Below, piece after piece: positions 1-15,000 of a stretch of 64,000 nucleotides of DNA. The position numbers were made by a program, and so were the translations under genes. The notes beneath the pieces are model-generated. The model saw only the letters and a program-made list of their open reading frames with translations. It ran no database searches and had not been told where the DNA came from. Each line of letters opens with the position of its first letter. The first letter of the stretch is position 1. The DNA is from Macrostomum lignano (Eukaryota). Location: assembly GCA_002269645.1 (NCBI GenBank), contig NIVC01002947.1, positions 1 through 64,000 on the forward strand. The letters run 5' to 3'.

Positions 1-3000
1 AAAAATCATAGAAGCGTCATGTAAAAATCATAGAAGCGTCATGTAAAAATCATAGAAGCGTCATGTAAAACAATCATAGAAGCGTCATGTAAACATCATA
101 GAAGCGTCATGTAAAAATCATAGAAGCGTCATGTAAACAATTAGAAGCGTCATGTAAAAAAATCATAGAAGCGTCATGTAAACAATCATAGAAGCGTCAT
201 GTAAACAATCATAGAAGCGTCATGTAAAAATCATAGAAGCGTCATGTAAAAATCATAGAAGCGTCATGTAAAAATCATAGAAGCGTCATGTAAAAAATCA
301 TAGAAGCGTCATTGTAAAAATCATAGAAGCGTCATGTAAAAATCATAGAAGCGTCATGTAAAAATCATAGAAGCGTCATGTAAAAATCATAGAAGCGTCA
401 TGTAAAAATCATAGAAGCGTCATGTAAAAATCATAGAAGCGTCATGTAAAAATCATAGAAGCGTCATGTAAAAATCATAGAAGCGTCATGTAAAAAATCA
501 TAGAAGCGTCATGTAAACAATCATAGAAGCGTCATGTAAACAATCATAGAAGCGTCATGTAAAAATCATAGAAGCGTCATGTAAACAATCATAGAAGCGT
601 CATGTAAAAAATCATAGAAGCGTCATGTAAACAATCATAGAAGCGTCATGTAAACAATCATAGAAGCGTCATGTAAAAATCATAGAAGCGTCATGTAAAA
701 AATCATAGAAGCGTCATGTAAAAATCATAGAAGCGTCATGTAAACAATCATAGAAGCGTCATGTAAAAATCATAGAAGCGTCATGTAAAAATCATAGAAG
801 CGTCATGTAAAAATCATAGAAGCGTCATGTAAAAATCATAGAAGCGTCATGTAAACAATCATAGAAGCGTCATGTAAAAATCATAGAAGCGTCATGTAAA
901 AATCATAGAAGCGTCATGTAAACAATCATAGAAGCGTCATGTAAAAATCATAGAAGCGTCATGTAAAAATCATAGAAGCGTCATGTAAAAATCATAGAAG
1001 CGTCATGTAAACAATCATAGAAGCGTCATGTAAAAATCATAGAAGCGTCATGTAAAAATCATAGAAGCGTCATGTAAACAATCATAGAAGCGTCATGTAA
1101 ACAATCATAGAAGCGTCATGTAAACAATCATAGAAGCGTCATGTAAAAATCATAGAAGCGTCATGTAAACAATCATAGAAGCGTCATGTAAAAAATCATA
1201 GAAGCGTCATGTAAAAATCATAGAAGCGTCATGTAAACAATCATAGAAGCGTCATGTAAAAATCATAGAAGCGTCATGTAAACAATCATAGAAGCGTCAT
1301 GTAAACAATCATAGAAGCGTCATGTAAACAATCATAGAAGCGTCATGTAAAAATCATAGAAGCGTCATGTAAAAATCATAGAAGCGTCATGTAAAAATCA
1401 TAGAAGCGTCATATGTAAAAAATCATAGAAGCGTCATGTAAACAATCATAGAAGCGTCATGTAAAAATCATAGAAGCGTCATGTAAAAATCATAGAAGCG
1501 TCATGTAAAAATCATAGAAGCGTCATGTAAAAATCATAGAAGCGTCATGTAAAAATCATAGAAGCGTCATGTAAAAATCATAGAAGCGTCATGTAAACAA
1601 TCATAGAAGCGTCATGTAAACAATCATAGAAGCGTCATGTAAAAATCATAGAAGCGTCATGTAAAAATCATAGAAGCGTCATGTAAAAATCATAGAAGCG
1701 TCATGTAAACAATCATAGAAGCGTCATGTAAAAATCATAGAAGCGTCATGTAAAAATCATAGAAGCGTCATGTAAACAATCATAGAAGCGTCATGTAAAA
1801 ATCATAGAAGCGTCATGTAAAAATCATAGAAGCGTCATGTAAAAATCATAGAAGCGTCATGTAAAAATCATAGAAGCGTCATGTAAACAATCATAGAAGC
1901 GTCATGTAAAAATCATAGAAGCGTCATGTAAAAATCATAGAAGCGTCATGTAAAAAATCATAGAAGCGTCATGTAAAAATCATAGAAGCGTCATGTAAAA
2001 ATCATAGAAGCGTCATGTAAAAATCATAGAAGCGTCATGTAAAAATCATAGAAGCGTCATGTAAAAATCATAGAAGCGTCATGTAAAAATCATAGAAGCG
2101 TCATGTAAAAATCATAGAAGCGTCATGTAAAAATCATAGAAGCGTCATGTAAAAATCATAGAAGCGTCATGTAAAAATCATAGAAGCGTCATGTAAAAAT
2201 CATAGAAGCGTCATGTAAAAAATCATAGAAGCGTCATGTAAAAATCATAGAAGCGTCATGTAAACAATCATAGAAGCGTCATGTAAAAATCATAGAAGCG
2301 TCATGTAAAAATCATAGAAGCGTCATGTAAACAATCATAGAAGCGTCATGTAAACAATCATAGAAGCGTCATGTAAAAAATCATAGAAGCGTCATGTAAA
2401 AATCATAGAAGCGTCATGTAAACAATCATAGAAGCGTCATGTAAAAATCATAGAAGCGTCATGTAAAAATCATAGAAGCGTCATGTAAAAAATCATAGAA
2501 GCGTCATGTAAAAATCATAGAAGCGTCATGTAAAAATCATAGAAGCGTCATGTAAAAATCATAGAAGCGTCATGTAAAAATCATAGAAGCGTCATGTAAA
2601 AATCATAGAAGCGTCATGTAAAAATCATAGAAGCGTCATGTAAAAATCATAGAAGCGTCATGTAAAAATCATAGAAGCGTCATGTAAAAATCATAGAAGC
2701 GTCATGTAAAAATCATAGAAGCGTCATGTAAAAATCATAGAAGCGTCATGTAAAAATCATAGAAGCGTCATGTAAAAATCATAGAAGCGTCATGTAAAAA
2801 TCATAGAAGCGTCATGTAAAAATCATAGAAGCGTCATGTAAAAATCATAGAAGCGTCATGTAAACAATCATAGAAGCGTCATGTAAAAATCATAGAAGCG
2901 TCATGTAAAAATCATAGAAGCGTCATGTAAAAATCATAGAAGCGTCATGTAAAAATCATAGAAGCGTCATGTAAAAATCATAGAAGCGTCATGTAAAAAT

Positions 3001-6000
3001 CATAGAAGCGTCATGTAAACAATCATAGAAGCGTCATGTAAAAATCATAGAAGCGTCATGTAAAAATCATAGAAGCGTCATGTAAAAATCATAGAAGCGT
3101 CATGTAAAAATCATAGAAGCGTCATGTAAAAATCATAGAAGCGTCATGTAAAAATCATAGAAGCGTCATGTAAAAATCATAGAAGCGTCATGTAAAAATC
3201 ATAGAAGCGTCATGTAAAAATCATAGAAGCGTCATGTAAAAATCATAGAAGCGTCATGTAAAAATCATAGAAGCGTCATGTAAACAATCATAGAAGCGTC
3301 ATGTAAAAATCATAGAAGCGTCATGTAAAAATCATAGAAGCGTCATGTAAAAATCATAGAAGCGTCATGTAAAAATCATAGAAGCGTCATGTAAAAATCA
3401 TAGAAGCGTCATGTAAAAATCATAGAAGCGTCATGTAAACAATCATAGAAGCGTCATGTAAAAATCATAGAAGCGTCATGTAAACAATCATAGAAGCGTC
3501 ATGTAAAAATCATAGAAGCGTCATGTAAAAATCATAGAAGCGTCATGTAAAAATCATAGAAGCGTCATGTAAAAATCATAGAAGCGTCATGTAAACAATC
3601 ATAGAAGCGTCATGTAAAAATCATAGAAGCGTCATGTAAAAATCATAGAAGCGTCATGTAAAAATCATAGAAGCGTCATGTAAAAATCATAGAAGCGTCA
3701 TGTAAAAATCATAGAAGCGTCATGTAAAAATCATAGAAGCGTCATGTAAAAATCATAGAAGCGTCATGTAAAAATCATAGAAGCGTCATGTAAAAATCAT
3801 AGAAGCGTCATGTAAAAATCATAGAAGCGTCATGTAAAAATCATAGAAGCGTCATGTAAAAATCATAGAAGCGTCATGTAAAAATCATAGAAGCGTCATG
3901 TAAAAATCATAGAAGCGTCATGTAAACAATCATAGAAGCGTCATGTAAAAATCATAGAAGCGTCATGTAAAAATCATAGAAGCGTCATGTAAACAATCAT
4001 AGAAGCGTCATGTAAAAATCATAGAAGCGTCATGTAAACAATCATAGAAGCGTCATGTAAAAATCATAGAAGCGTCATGTAAAAATCATAGAAGCGTCAT
4101 GTAAAAATCATAGAAGCGTCATGTAAAAATCATAGAAGCGTCATGTAAAAATCATAGAAGCGTCATGTAAAAATCATAGAAGCGTCATGTAAAAATCATA
4201 GAAGCGTCATGTAAAAATCATAGAAGCGTCATGTAAAAATCATAGAAGCGTCATGTAAAAATCATAGAAGCGTCATGTAAAAATCATAGAAGCGTCATGT
4301 AAAAATCATAGAAGCGTCATGTAAAAATCATAGAAGCGTCATGTAAAAATCATAGAAGCGTCATGTAAAAATCATAGAAGCGTCATGTAAAAATCATAGA
4401 AGCGTCATGTAAACAATCATAGAAGCGTCATGTAAAACAATCATAGAAGCGTCATGTAAAAATCATAGAAGCGTCATGTAAAAATCATAGAAGCGTCATG
4501 TAAACAATCATAGAAGCGTCATGTAAAAATCATAGAAGCGTCATGTAAAAATCATAGAAGCGTCATGTAAAAATCATAGAAGCGTCATGTAAAAATCATA
4601 GAAGCGTCATGTAAAAATCATAGAAGCGTCATGTAAAAATCATAGAAGCGTCATGTAAAAATCATAGAAGCGTCATGTAAAAATCATAGAAGCGTCATGT
4701 AAAAATCATAGAAGCGTCATGTAAAAATCATAGAAGCGTCATGTAAAAATCATAGAAGCGTCATGTAAAAATCATAGAAGCGTCATGTAAAAATCATAGA
4801 AGCGTCATGTAAACAATCATAGAAGCGTCATGTAAAAATCATAGAAGCGTCATGTAAACAATCATAGAAGCGTCATGTAAAAATCATAGAAGCGTCATGT
4901 AAAAATCATAGAAGCGTCATGTAAAAATCATAGAAGCGTCATGTAAACAATCATAGAAGCGTCATGTAAAAATCATAGAAGCGTCATGTAAAAATCATAG
5001 AAGCGTCATGTAAACAATCATAGAAGCGTCATGTAAAAATCATAGAAGCGTCATGTAAAAATCATAGAAGCGTCATGTAAAAATCATAGAAGCGTCATGT
5101 AAAAATCATAGAAGCGTCATGTAAAAATCATAGAAGCGTCATGTAAAAATCATAGAAGCGTCATGTAAAAATCATAGAAGCGTCATGTAAAAATCATAGA
5201 AGCGTCATGTAAAAATCATAGAAGCGTCATGTAAAAATCATAGAAGCGTCATGTAAAAATCATAGAAGCGTCATGTAAAAATCATAGAAGCGTCATGTAA
5301 AAATCATAGAAGCGTCATGTAAAAATCATAGAAGCGTCATGTAAAAATCATAGAAGCGTCATGTAAAAATCATAGAAGCGTCATGTAAAAATCATAGAAG
5401 CGTCATGTAAAAATCATAGAAGCGTCATGTAAAAATCATAGAAGCGTCATGTAAAAATCATAGAAGCGTCATGTAAAAATCATAGAAGCGTCATGTAAAA
5501 ATCATAGAAGCGTCATGTAAAAATCATAGAAGCGTCATGTAAAAATCATAGAAGCGTCATGTAAAAATCATAGAAGCGTCATGTAAAAATCATAGAAGCG
5601 TCATGTAAAAATCATAGAAGCGTCATGTAAAAATCATAGAAGCGTCATGTAAACAATCATAGAAGCGTCATGTAAAAATCATAGAAGCGTCATGTAAAAA
5701 TCATAGAAGCGTCATGTAAAAATCATAGAAGCGTCATGTAAAAATCATAGAAGCGTCATGTAAAAATCATAGAAGCGTCATGTAAAAATCATAGAAGCGT
5801 CATGTAAAAATCATAGAAGCGTCATGTAAAAATCATAGAAGCGTCATGTAAAAATCATAGAAGCGTCATGTAAAAATCATAGAAGCGTCATGTAAAAATC
5901 ATAGAAGCGTCATGTAAAAATCATAGAAGCGTCATGTAAAAAATCATAGAAGCGTCATGTAAAAATCATAGAAGCGTCATGTAAAAATCATAGAAGCGTC

Positions 6001-9000
6001 ATGTAAAAATCATAGAAGCGTCATGTAAAAAATCATAGAAGCGTCATGTAAAAATCATAGAAGCGTCATGTAAAAATCATAGAAGCGTCATGTAAAAATC
6101 ATAGAAGCGTCATGTAAAAATCATAGAAGCGTCATGTAAAAATCATAGAAGCGTCATGTAAAAATCATAGAAGCGTCATGTAAAAATCATAGAAGCGTCA
6201 TGTAAAAATCATAGAAGCGTCATGTAAAAATCATAGAAGCGTCATGTAAAAATCATAGAAGCGTCATGTAAAAATCATAGAAGCGTCATGTAAAAATCAT
6301 AGAAGCGTCATGTAAAAATCATAGAAGCGTCATGTAAAAATCATAGAAGCGTCATGTAAAAATCATAGAAGCGTCATGTAAAAATCATAGAAGCGTCATG
6401 TAAAAATCATAGAAGCGTCATGTAAAAATCATAGAAGCGTCATGTAAAAATCATAGAAGCGTCATGTAAAAATCATAGAAGCGTCATGTAAAAATCATAG
6501 AAGCGTCATGTAAAAATCATAGAAGCGTCATGTAAAAATCATAGAAGCGTCATGTAAAAATCATAGAAGCGTCATGTAAAAATCATAGAAGCGTCATGTA
6601 AAAATCATAGAAGCGTCATGTAAAAATCATAGAAGCGTCATGTAAAAATCATAGAAGCGTCATGTAAAAATCATAGAAGCGTCATGTAAAAATCATAGAA
6701 GCGTCATGTAAAAATCATAGAAGCGTCATGTAAAAATCATAGAAGCGTCATGTAAAAATCATAGAAGCGTCATGTAAAAATCATAGAAGCGTCATGTAAA
6801 AATCATAGAAGCGTCATGTAAAAATCATAGAAGCGTCATGTAAAAATCATAGAAGCGTCATGTAAAAATCATAGAAGCGTCATGTAAAAATCATAGAAGC
6901 GTCATGTAAAAATCATAGAAGCGTCATGTAAAAATCATAGAAGCGTCATGTAAAAATCATAGAAGCGTCATGTAAAAATCATAGAAGCGTCATGTAAAAA
7001 TCATAGAAGCGTCATGTAAAAATCATAGAAGCGTCATGTAAAAATCATAGAAGCGTCATGTAAACAATCATAGAAGCGTCATGTAAAAATCATAGAAGCG
7101 TCATGTAAAAATCATAGAAGCGTCATGTAAAAATCATAGAAGCGTCATGTAAAAATCATAGAAGCGTCATGTAAAAATCATAGAAGCGTCATGTAAAAAT
7201 CATAGAAGCGTCATGTAAAAATCATAGAAGCGTCATGTAAAAATCATAGAAGCGTCATGTAAAAATCATAGAAGCGTCATGTAAAAATCATAGAAGCGTC
7301 ATGTAAAAATCATAGAAGCGTCATGTAAAAATCATAGAAGCGTCATGTAAAAATCATAGAAGCGTCATGTAAAAATCATAGAAGCGTCATGTAAAAATCA
7401 TAGAAGCGTCATGTAAAAATCATAGAAGCGTCATGTAAAAATCATAGAAGCGTCATGTAAAAATCATAGAAGCGTCATGTAAAAATCATAGAAGCGTCAT
7501 GTAAAAATCATAGAAGCGTCATGTAAAAATCATAGAAGCGTCATGTAAACAATCATAGAAGCGTCATGTAAAAATCATAGAAGCGTCATGTAAAAATCAT
7601 AGAAGCGTCATGTAAAAATCATAGAAGCGTCATGTAAAAATCATAGAAGCGTCATGTAAAAATCATAGAAGCGTCATGTAAAAATCATAGAAGCGTCATG
7701 TAAAAATCATAGAAGCGTCATGTAAAAATCATAGAAGCGTCATGTAAAAATCATAGAAGCGTCATGTAAAAATCATAGAAGCGTCATGTAAAAATCATAG
7801 AAGCGTCATGTAAAAATCATAGAAGCGTCATGTAAAAATCATAGAAGCGTCATGTAAAAATCATAGAAGCGTCATGTAAAAATCATAGAAGCGTCATGTA
7901 AAAATCATAGAAGCGTCATGTAAAAATCATAGAAGCGTCATGTAAAAATCATAGAAGCGTCATGTAAAAATCATAGAAGCGTCATGTAAAAATCATAGAA
8001 GCGTCATGTAAAAATCATAGAAGCGTCATGTAAAAATCATAGAAGCGTCATGTAAAAATCATAGAAGCGTCATGTAAAAATCATAGAAGCGTCATGTAAA
8101 AATCATAGAAGCGTCATGTAAAAATCATAGAAGCGTCATGTAAAAATCATAGAAGCGTCATGTAAAATCATAGAAGCGTCATGTAAAAATCATAGAAGCG
8201 TCATGTAAAAATCATAGAAGCGTCATGTAAAAATCATAGAAGCGTCATGTAAAAATCATAGAAGCGTCATGTAAAAATCATAGAAGCGTCATGTAAAAAT
8301 CATAGAAGCGTCATGTAAAAATCATAGAAGCGTCATGTAAAAATCATAGAAGCGTCATGTAAAAATCATAGAAGCGTCATGTAAAAATCATAGAAGCGTC
8401 ATGTAAAAATCATAGAAGCGTCATGTAAAAATCATAGAAGCGTCATGTAAAAATCATAGAAGCGTCATGTAAAAATCATAGAAGCGTCATGTAAAAATCA
8501 TAGAAGCGTCATGTAAAAATCATAGAAGCGTCATGTAAAAATCATAGAAGCGTCATGTAAAAATCATAGAAGCGTCATGTAAAAATCATAGAAGCGTCAT
8601 GTAAAAATCATAGAAGCGTCATGTAAAAATCATAGAAGCGTCATGTAAAAATCATAGAAGCGTCATGTAAAAATCATAGAAGCGTCATGTAAAAATCATA
8701 GAAGCGTCATGTAAAAATCATAGAAGCGTCATGTAAAAATCATAGAAGCGTCATGTAAAAATCATAGAAGCGTCATGTAAAAATCATAGAAGCGTCATGT
8801 AAAAATCATAGAAGCGTCATGTAAAAATCATAGAAGCGTCATGTAAAAATCATAGAAGCGTCATGTAAAAATCATAGAAGCGTCATGTAAAAATCATAGA
8901 AGCGTCATGTAAAAATCATAGAAGCGTCATGTAAAAATCATAGAAGCGTCATGTAAAAATCATAGAAGCGTCATGTAAAAATCATAGAAGCGTCATGTAA

Positions 9001-12000
9001 AAATCATAGAAGCGTCATGTAAAAATCATAGAAGCGTCATGTAAAAATCATAGAAGCGTCATGTAAAAATCATAGAAGCGTCATGTAAAAATCATAGAAG
9101 CGTCATGTAAAAATCATAGAAGCGTCATGTAAAAATCATAGAAGCGTCATGTAAAAATCATAGAAGCGTCATGTAAAAATCATAGAAGCGTCATGTAAAA
9201 ATCATAGAAGCGTCATGTAAAAATCATAGAAGCGTCATGTAAACAATCATAGAAGCGTCATGTAAAAATCATAGAAGCGTCATGTAAAAATCATAGAAGC
9301 GTCATGTAAAAATCATAGAAGCGTCATGTAAAAATCATAGAAGCGTCATGTAAAAATCATAGAAGCGTCATGTAAAAATCATAGAAGCGTCATGTAAACA
9401 ATCATAGAAGCGTCATGTAAAAATCATAGAAGCGTCATGTAAAAATCATAGAAGCGTCATGTAAAAATCATAGAAGCGTCATGTAAAAATCATAGAAGCG
9501 TCATGTAAAAATCATAGAAGCGTCATGTAAAAATCATAGAAGCGTCATGTAAAAATCATAGAAGCGTCATGTAAAAATCATAGAAGCGTCATGTAAAAAT
9601 CATAGAAGCGTCATGTAAAAATCATAGAAGCGTCATGTAAAAATCATAGAAGCGTCATGTAAAAATCATAGAAGCGTCATGTAAAAATCATAGAAGCGTC
9701 ATGTAAAAATCATAGAAGCGTCATGTAAAAATCATAGAAGCGTCATGTAAAAATCATAGAAGCGTCATGTAAAAATCATAGAAGCGTCATGTAAAAATCA
9801 TAGAAGCGTCATGTAAAAATCATAGAAGCGTCATGTAAAAATCATAGAAGCGTCATGTAAAAATCATAGAAGCGTCATGTAAAAATCATAGAAGCGTCAT
9901 GTAAAAATCATAGAAGCGTCATGTAAAAATCATAGAAGCGTCATGTAAAAATCATAGAAGCGTCATGTAAAAATCATAGAAGCGTCATGTAAAAATCATA
10001 GAAGCGTCATGTAAAAATCATAGAAGCGTCATGTAAAAATCATAGAAGCGTCATGTAAAAATCATAGAAGCGTCATGTAAAAATCATAGAAGCGTCATGT
10101 AAAAATCATAGAAGCGTCATGTAAAAATCATAGAAGCGTCATGTAAAAATCATAGAAGCGTCATGTAAAAATCATAGAAGCGTCATGTAAAAATCATAGA
10201 AGCGTCATGTAAAAATCATAGAAGCGTCATGTAAAAATCATAGAAGCGTCATGTAAAAATCATAGAAGCGTCATGTAAAAATCATAGAAGCGTCATGTAA
10301 AAATCATAGAAGCGTCATGTAAAAATCATAGAAGCGTCATGTAAAAATCATAGAAGCGTCATGTAAAAATCATAGAAGCGTCATGTAAAAATCATAGAAG
10401 CGTCATGTAAAAATCATAGAAGCGTCATGTAAAAATCATAGAAGCGTCATGTAAAAATCATAGAAGCGTCATGTAAAAATCATAGAAGCGTCATGTAAAA
10501 ATCATAGAAGCGTCATGTAAAAATCATAGAAGCGTCATGTAAAAATCATAGAAGCGTCATGTAAAAATCATAGAAGCGTCATGTAAAAATCATAGAAGCG
10601 TCATGTAAAAATCATAGAAGCGTCATGTAAAAATCATAGAAGCGTCATGTAAAAATCATAGAAGCGTCATGTAAAAATCATAGAAGCGTCATGTAAAAAT
10701 CATAGAAGCGTCATGTAAAAATCATAGAAGCGTCATGTAAAAATCATAGAAGCGTCATGTAAAAATCATAGAAGCGTCATGTAAAAATCATAGAAGCGTC
10801 ATGTAAAAATCATAGAAGCGTCATGTAAAAATCATAGAAGCGTCATGTAAAAATCATAGAAGCGTCATGTAAAAATCATAGAAGCGTCATGTAAAAATCA
10901 TAGAAGCGTCATGTAAAAATCATAGAAGCGTCATGTAAAAATCATAGAAGCGTCATGTAAAAATCATAGAAGCGTCATGTAAAAATCATAGAAGCGTCAT
11001 GTAAAAATCATAGAAGCGTCATGTAAAAATCATAGAAGCGTCATGTAAAAATCATAGAAGCGTCATGTAAAAATCATAGAAGCGTCATGTAAAAATCATA
11101 GAAGCGTCATGTAAAAATCATAGAAGCGTCATGTAAACAATCATAGAAGCGTCATGTAAAAATCATAGAAGCGTCATGTAAAAATCATAGAAGCGTCATG
11201 TAAAAATCATAGAAGCGTCATGTAAAAATCATAGAAGCGTCATGTAAAAATCATAGAAGCGTCATGTAAAAATCATAGAAGCGTCATGTAAAAATCATAG
11301 AAGCGTCATGTAAAAATCATAGAAGCGTCATGTAAAAATCATAGAAGCGTCATGTAAAAATCATAGAAGCGTCATGTAAAAATCATAGAAGCGTCATGTA
11401 AAAATCATAGAAGCGTCATGTAAAAATCATAGAAGCGTCATGTAAAAATCATAGAAGCGTCATGTAAAAATCATAGAAGCGTCATGTAAAAATCATAGAA
11501 GCGTCATGTAAAAATCATAGAAGCGTCATGTAAAAATCATAGAAGCGTCATGTAAAAATCATAGAAGCGTCATGTAAAAATCATAGAAGCGTCATGTAAA
11601 AATCATAGAAGCGTCATGTAAAAATCATAGAAGCGTCATGTAAAAATCATAGAAGCGTCATGTAAAAATCATAGAAGCGTCATGTAAAAATCATAGAAGC
11701 GTCATGTAAAAATCATAGAAGCGTCATGTAAAAATCATAGAAGCGTCATGTAAAAATCATAGAAGCGTCATGTAAAAATCATAGAAGCGTCATGTAAAAA
11801 TCATAGAAGCGTCATGTAAAAATCATAGAAGCGTCATGTAAAAATCATAGAAGCGTCATGTAAAAATCATAGAAGCGTCATGTAAAAATCATAGAAGCGT
11901 CATGTAAAAATCATAGAAGCGTCATGTAAAAATCATAGAAGCGTCATGTAAAAATCATAGAAGCGTCATGTAAAAATCATAGAAGCGTCATGTAAAATCA

Positions 12001-15000
12001 TAGAAGCGTCATGTAAAAATCATAGAAGCGTCATGTAAAAATCATAGAAGCGTCATGTAAAAATCATAGAAGCGTCATGTAAAAATCATAGAAGCGTCAT
12101 GTAAAAATCATAGAAGCGTCATGTAAAAATCATAGAAGCGTCATGTAAAAATCATAGAAGCGTCATGTAAAAAATCATAGAAGCGTCATGTAAAAATCAT
12201 AGAAGCGTCATGTAAAAATCATAGAAGCGTCATGTAAAAATCATAGAAGCGTCATGTAAAAATCATAGAAGCGTCATGTAAAAATCATAGAAGCGTCATG
12301 TAAAAATCATAGAAGCGTCATGTAAAAATCATAGAAGCGTCATGTAAACAATCATAGAAGCGTCATGTAAAAATCATAGAAGCGTCATGTAAAAATCATA
12401 GAAGCGTCATGTAAAAATCATAGAAGCGTCATGTAAAAATCATAGAAGCGTCATGTAAAAATCATAGAAGCGTCATGTAAAAATCATAGAAGCGTCATGT
12501 AAACAATCATAGAAGCGTCATGTAAAAATCATAGAAGCGTCATGTAAAAATCATAGAAGCGTCATGTAAAAATCATAGAAGCGTCATGTAAAAATCATAG
12601 AAGCGTCATGTAAAAATCATAGAAGCGTCATGTAAAAATCATAGAAGCGTCATGTAAAAATCATAGAAGCGTCATGTAAAAATCATAGAAGCGTCATGTA
12701 AAAATCATAGAAGCGTCATGTAAAAATCATAGAAGCGTCATGTAAAAATCATAGAAGCGTCATGTAAAAATCATAGAAGCGTCATGTAAAAATCATAGAA
12801 GCGTCATGTAAAAATCATAGAAGCGTCATGTAAAAATCATAGAAGCGTCATGTAAAAATCATAGAAGCGTCATGTAAAAATCATAGAAGCGTCATGTAAA
12901 AATCATAGAAGCGTCATGTAAAAATCATAGAAGCGTCATGTAAAAATCATAGAAGCGTCATGTAAAAATCATAGAAGCGTCATGTAAAAATCATAGAAGC
13001 GTCATGTAAAAATCATAGAAGCGTCATGTAAAAATCATAGAAGCGTCATGTAAAAATCATAGAAGCGTCATGTAAAAATCATAGAAGCGTCATGTAAAAA
13101 TCATAGAAGCGTCATGTAAAAATCATAGAAGCGTCATGTAAAAATCATAGAAGCGTCATGTAAAAATCATAGAAGCGTCATGTAAAAATCATAGAAGCGT
13201 CATGTAAAAATCATAGAAGCGTCATGTAAAAATCATAGAAGCGTCATGTAAAAATCATAGAAGCGTCATGTAAAAATCATAGAAGCGTCATGTAAAAATC
13301 ATAGAAGCGTCATGTAAAAATCATAGAAGCGTCATGTAAAAATCATAGAAGCGTCATGTAAAAATCATAGAAGCGTCATGTAAAAATCATAGAAGCGTCA
13401 TGTAAAAATCATAGAAGCGTCATGTAAAAATCATAGAAGCGTCATGTAAAAATCATAGAAGCGTCATGTAAAAATCATAGAAGCGTCATGTAAAAATCAT
13501 AGAAGCGTCATGTAAAAATCATAGAAGCGTCATGTAAAAATCATAGAAGCGTCATGTAAAAATCATAGAAGCGTCATGTAAAAATCATAGAAGCGTCATG
13601 TAAAAATCATAGAAGCGTCATGTAAAAATCATAGAAGCGTCATGTAAAAATCATAGAAGCGTCATGTAAAAATCATAGAAGCGTCATGTAAAAATCATAG
13701 AAGCGTCATGTAAAAATCATAGAAGCGTCATGTAAAAATCATAGAAGCGTCATGTAAAAATCATAGAAGCGTCATGTAAAAATCATAGAAGCGTCATGTA
13801 AAAATCATAGAAGCGTCATGTAAAAATCATAGAAGCGTCATGTAAAAATCATAGAAGCGTCATGTAAAAATCATAGAAGCGTCATGTAAAAATCATAGAA
13901 GCGTCATGTAAAAATCATAGAAGCGTCATGTAAAAATCATAGAAGCGTCATGTAAAAATCATAGAAGCGTCATGTAAAAATCATAGAAGCGTCATGTAAA
14001 AATCATAGAAGCGTCATGTAAAAATCATAGAAGCGTCATGTAAAAATCATAGAAGCGTCATGTAAAAATCATAGAAGCGTCATGTAAAAATCATAGAAGC
14101 GTCATGTAAAAATCATAGAAGCGTCATGTAAAAATCATAGAAGCGTCATGTAAAAATCATAGAAGCGTCATGTAAAAATCATAGAAGCGTCATGTAAAAA
14201 TCATAGAAGCGTCATGTAAAATCATAGAAGCGTCATGTAAAAATCATAGAAGCGTCATGTAAAAATCATAGAAGCGTCATGTAAAAATCATAGAAGCGTC
14301 ATGTAAAAATCATAGAAGCGTCATGTAAAAATCATAGAAGCGTCATGTAAAAATCATAGAAGCGTCATGTAAAAATCATAGAAGCGTCATGTAAAAATCA
14401 TAGAAGCGTCATGTAAAAATCATAGAAGCGTCATGTAAAAATCATAGAAGCGTCATGTAAAAATCATAGAAGCGTCATGTAAAAATCATAGAAGCGTCAT
14501 GTAAAAATCATAGAAGCGTCATGTAAAAATCATAGAAGCGTCATGTAAAAATCATAGAAGCGTCATGTAAAAATCATAGAAGCGTCATGTAAAAATCATA
14601 GAAGCGTCATGTAAAAATCATAGAAGCGTCATGTAAAAATCATAGAAGCGTCATGTAAAAATCATAGAAGCGTCATGTAAAAATCATAGAAGCGTCATGT
14701 AAAAATCATAGAAGCGTCATGTAAAAATCATAGAAGCGTCATGTAAAAATCATAGAAGCGTCATGTAAAAATCATAGAAGCGTCATGTAAAAATCATAGA
14801 AGCGTCATGTAAAAATCATAGAAGCGTCATGTAAAAATCATAGAAGCGTCATGTAAAAATCATAGAAGCGTCATGTAAAAATCATAGAAGCGTCATGTAA
14901 AAATCATAGAAGCGTCATGTAAAAATCATAGAAGCGTCATGTAAAAATCATAGAAGCGTCATGTAAAAATCATAGAAGCGTCATGTAAAAATCATAGAAG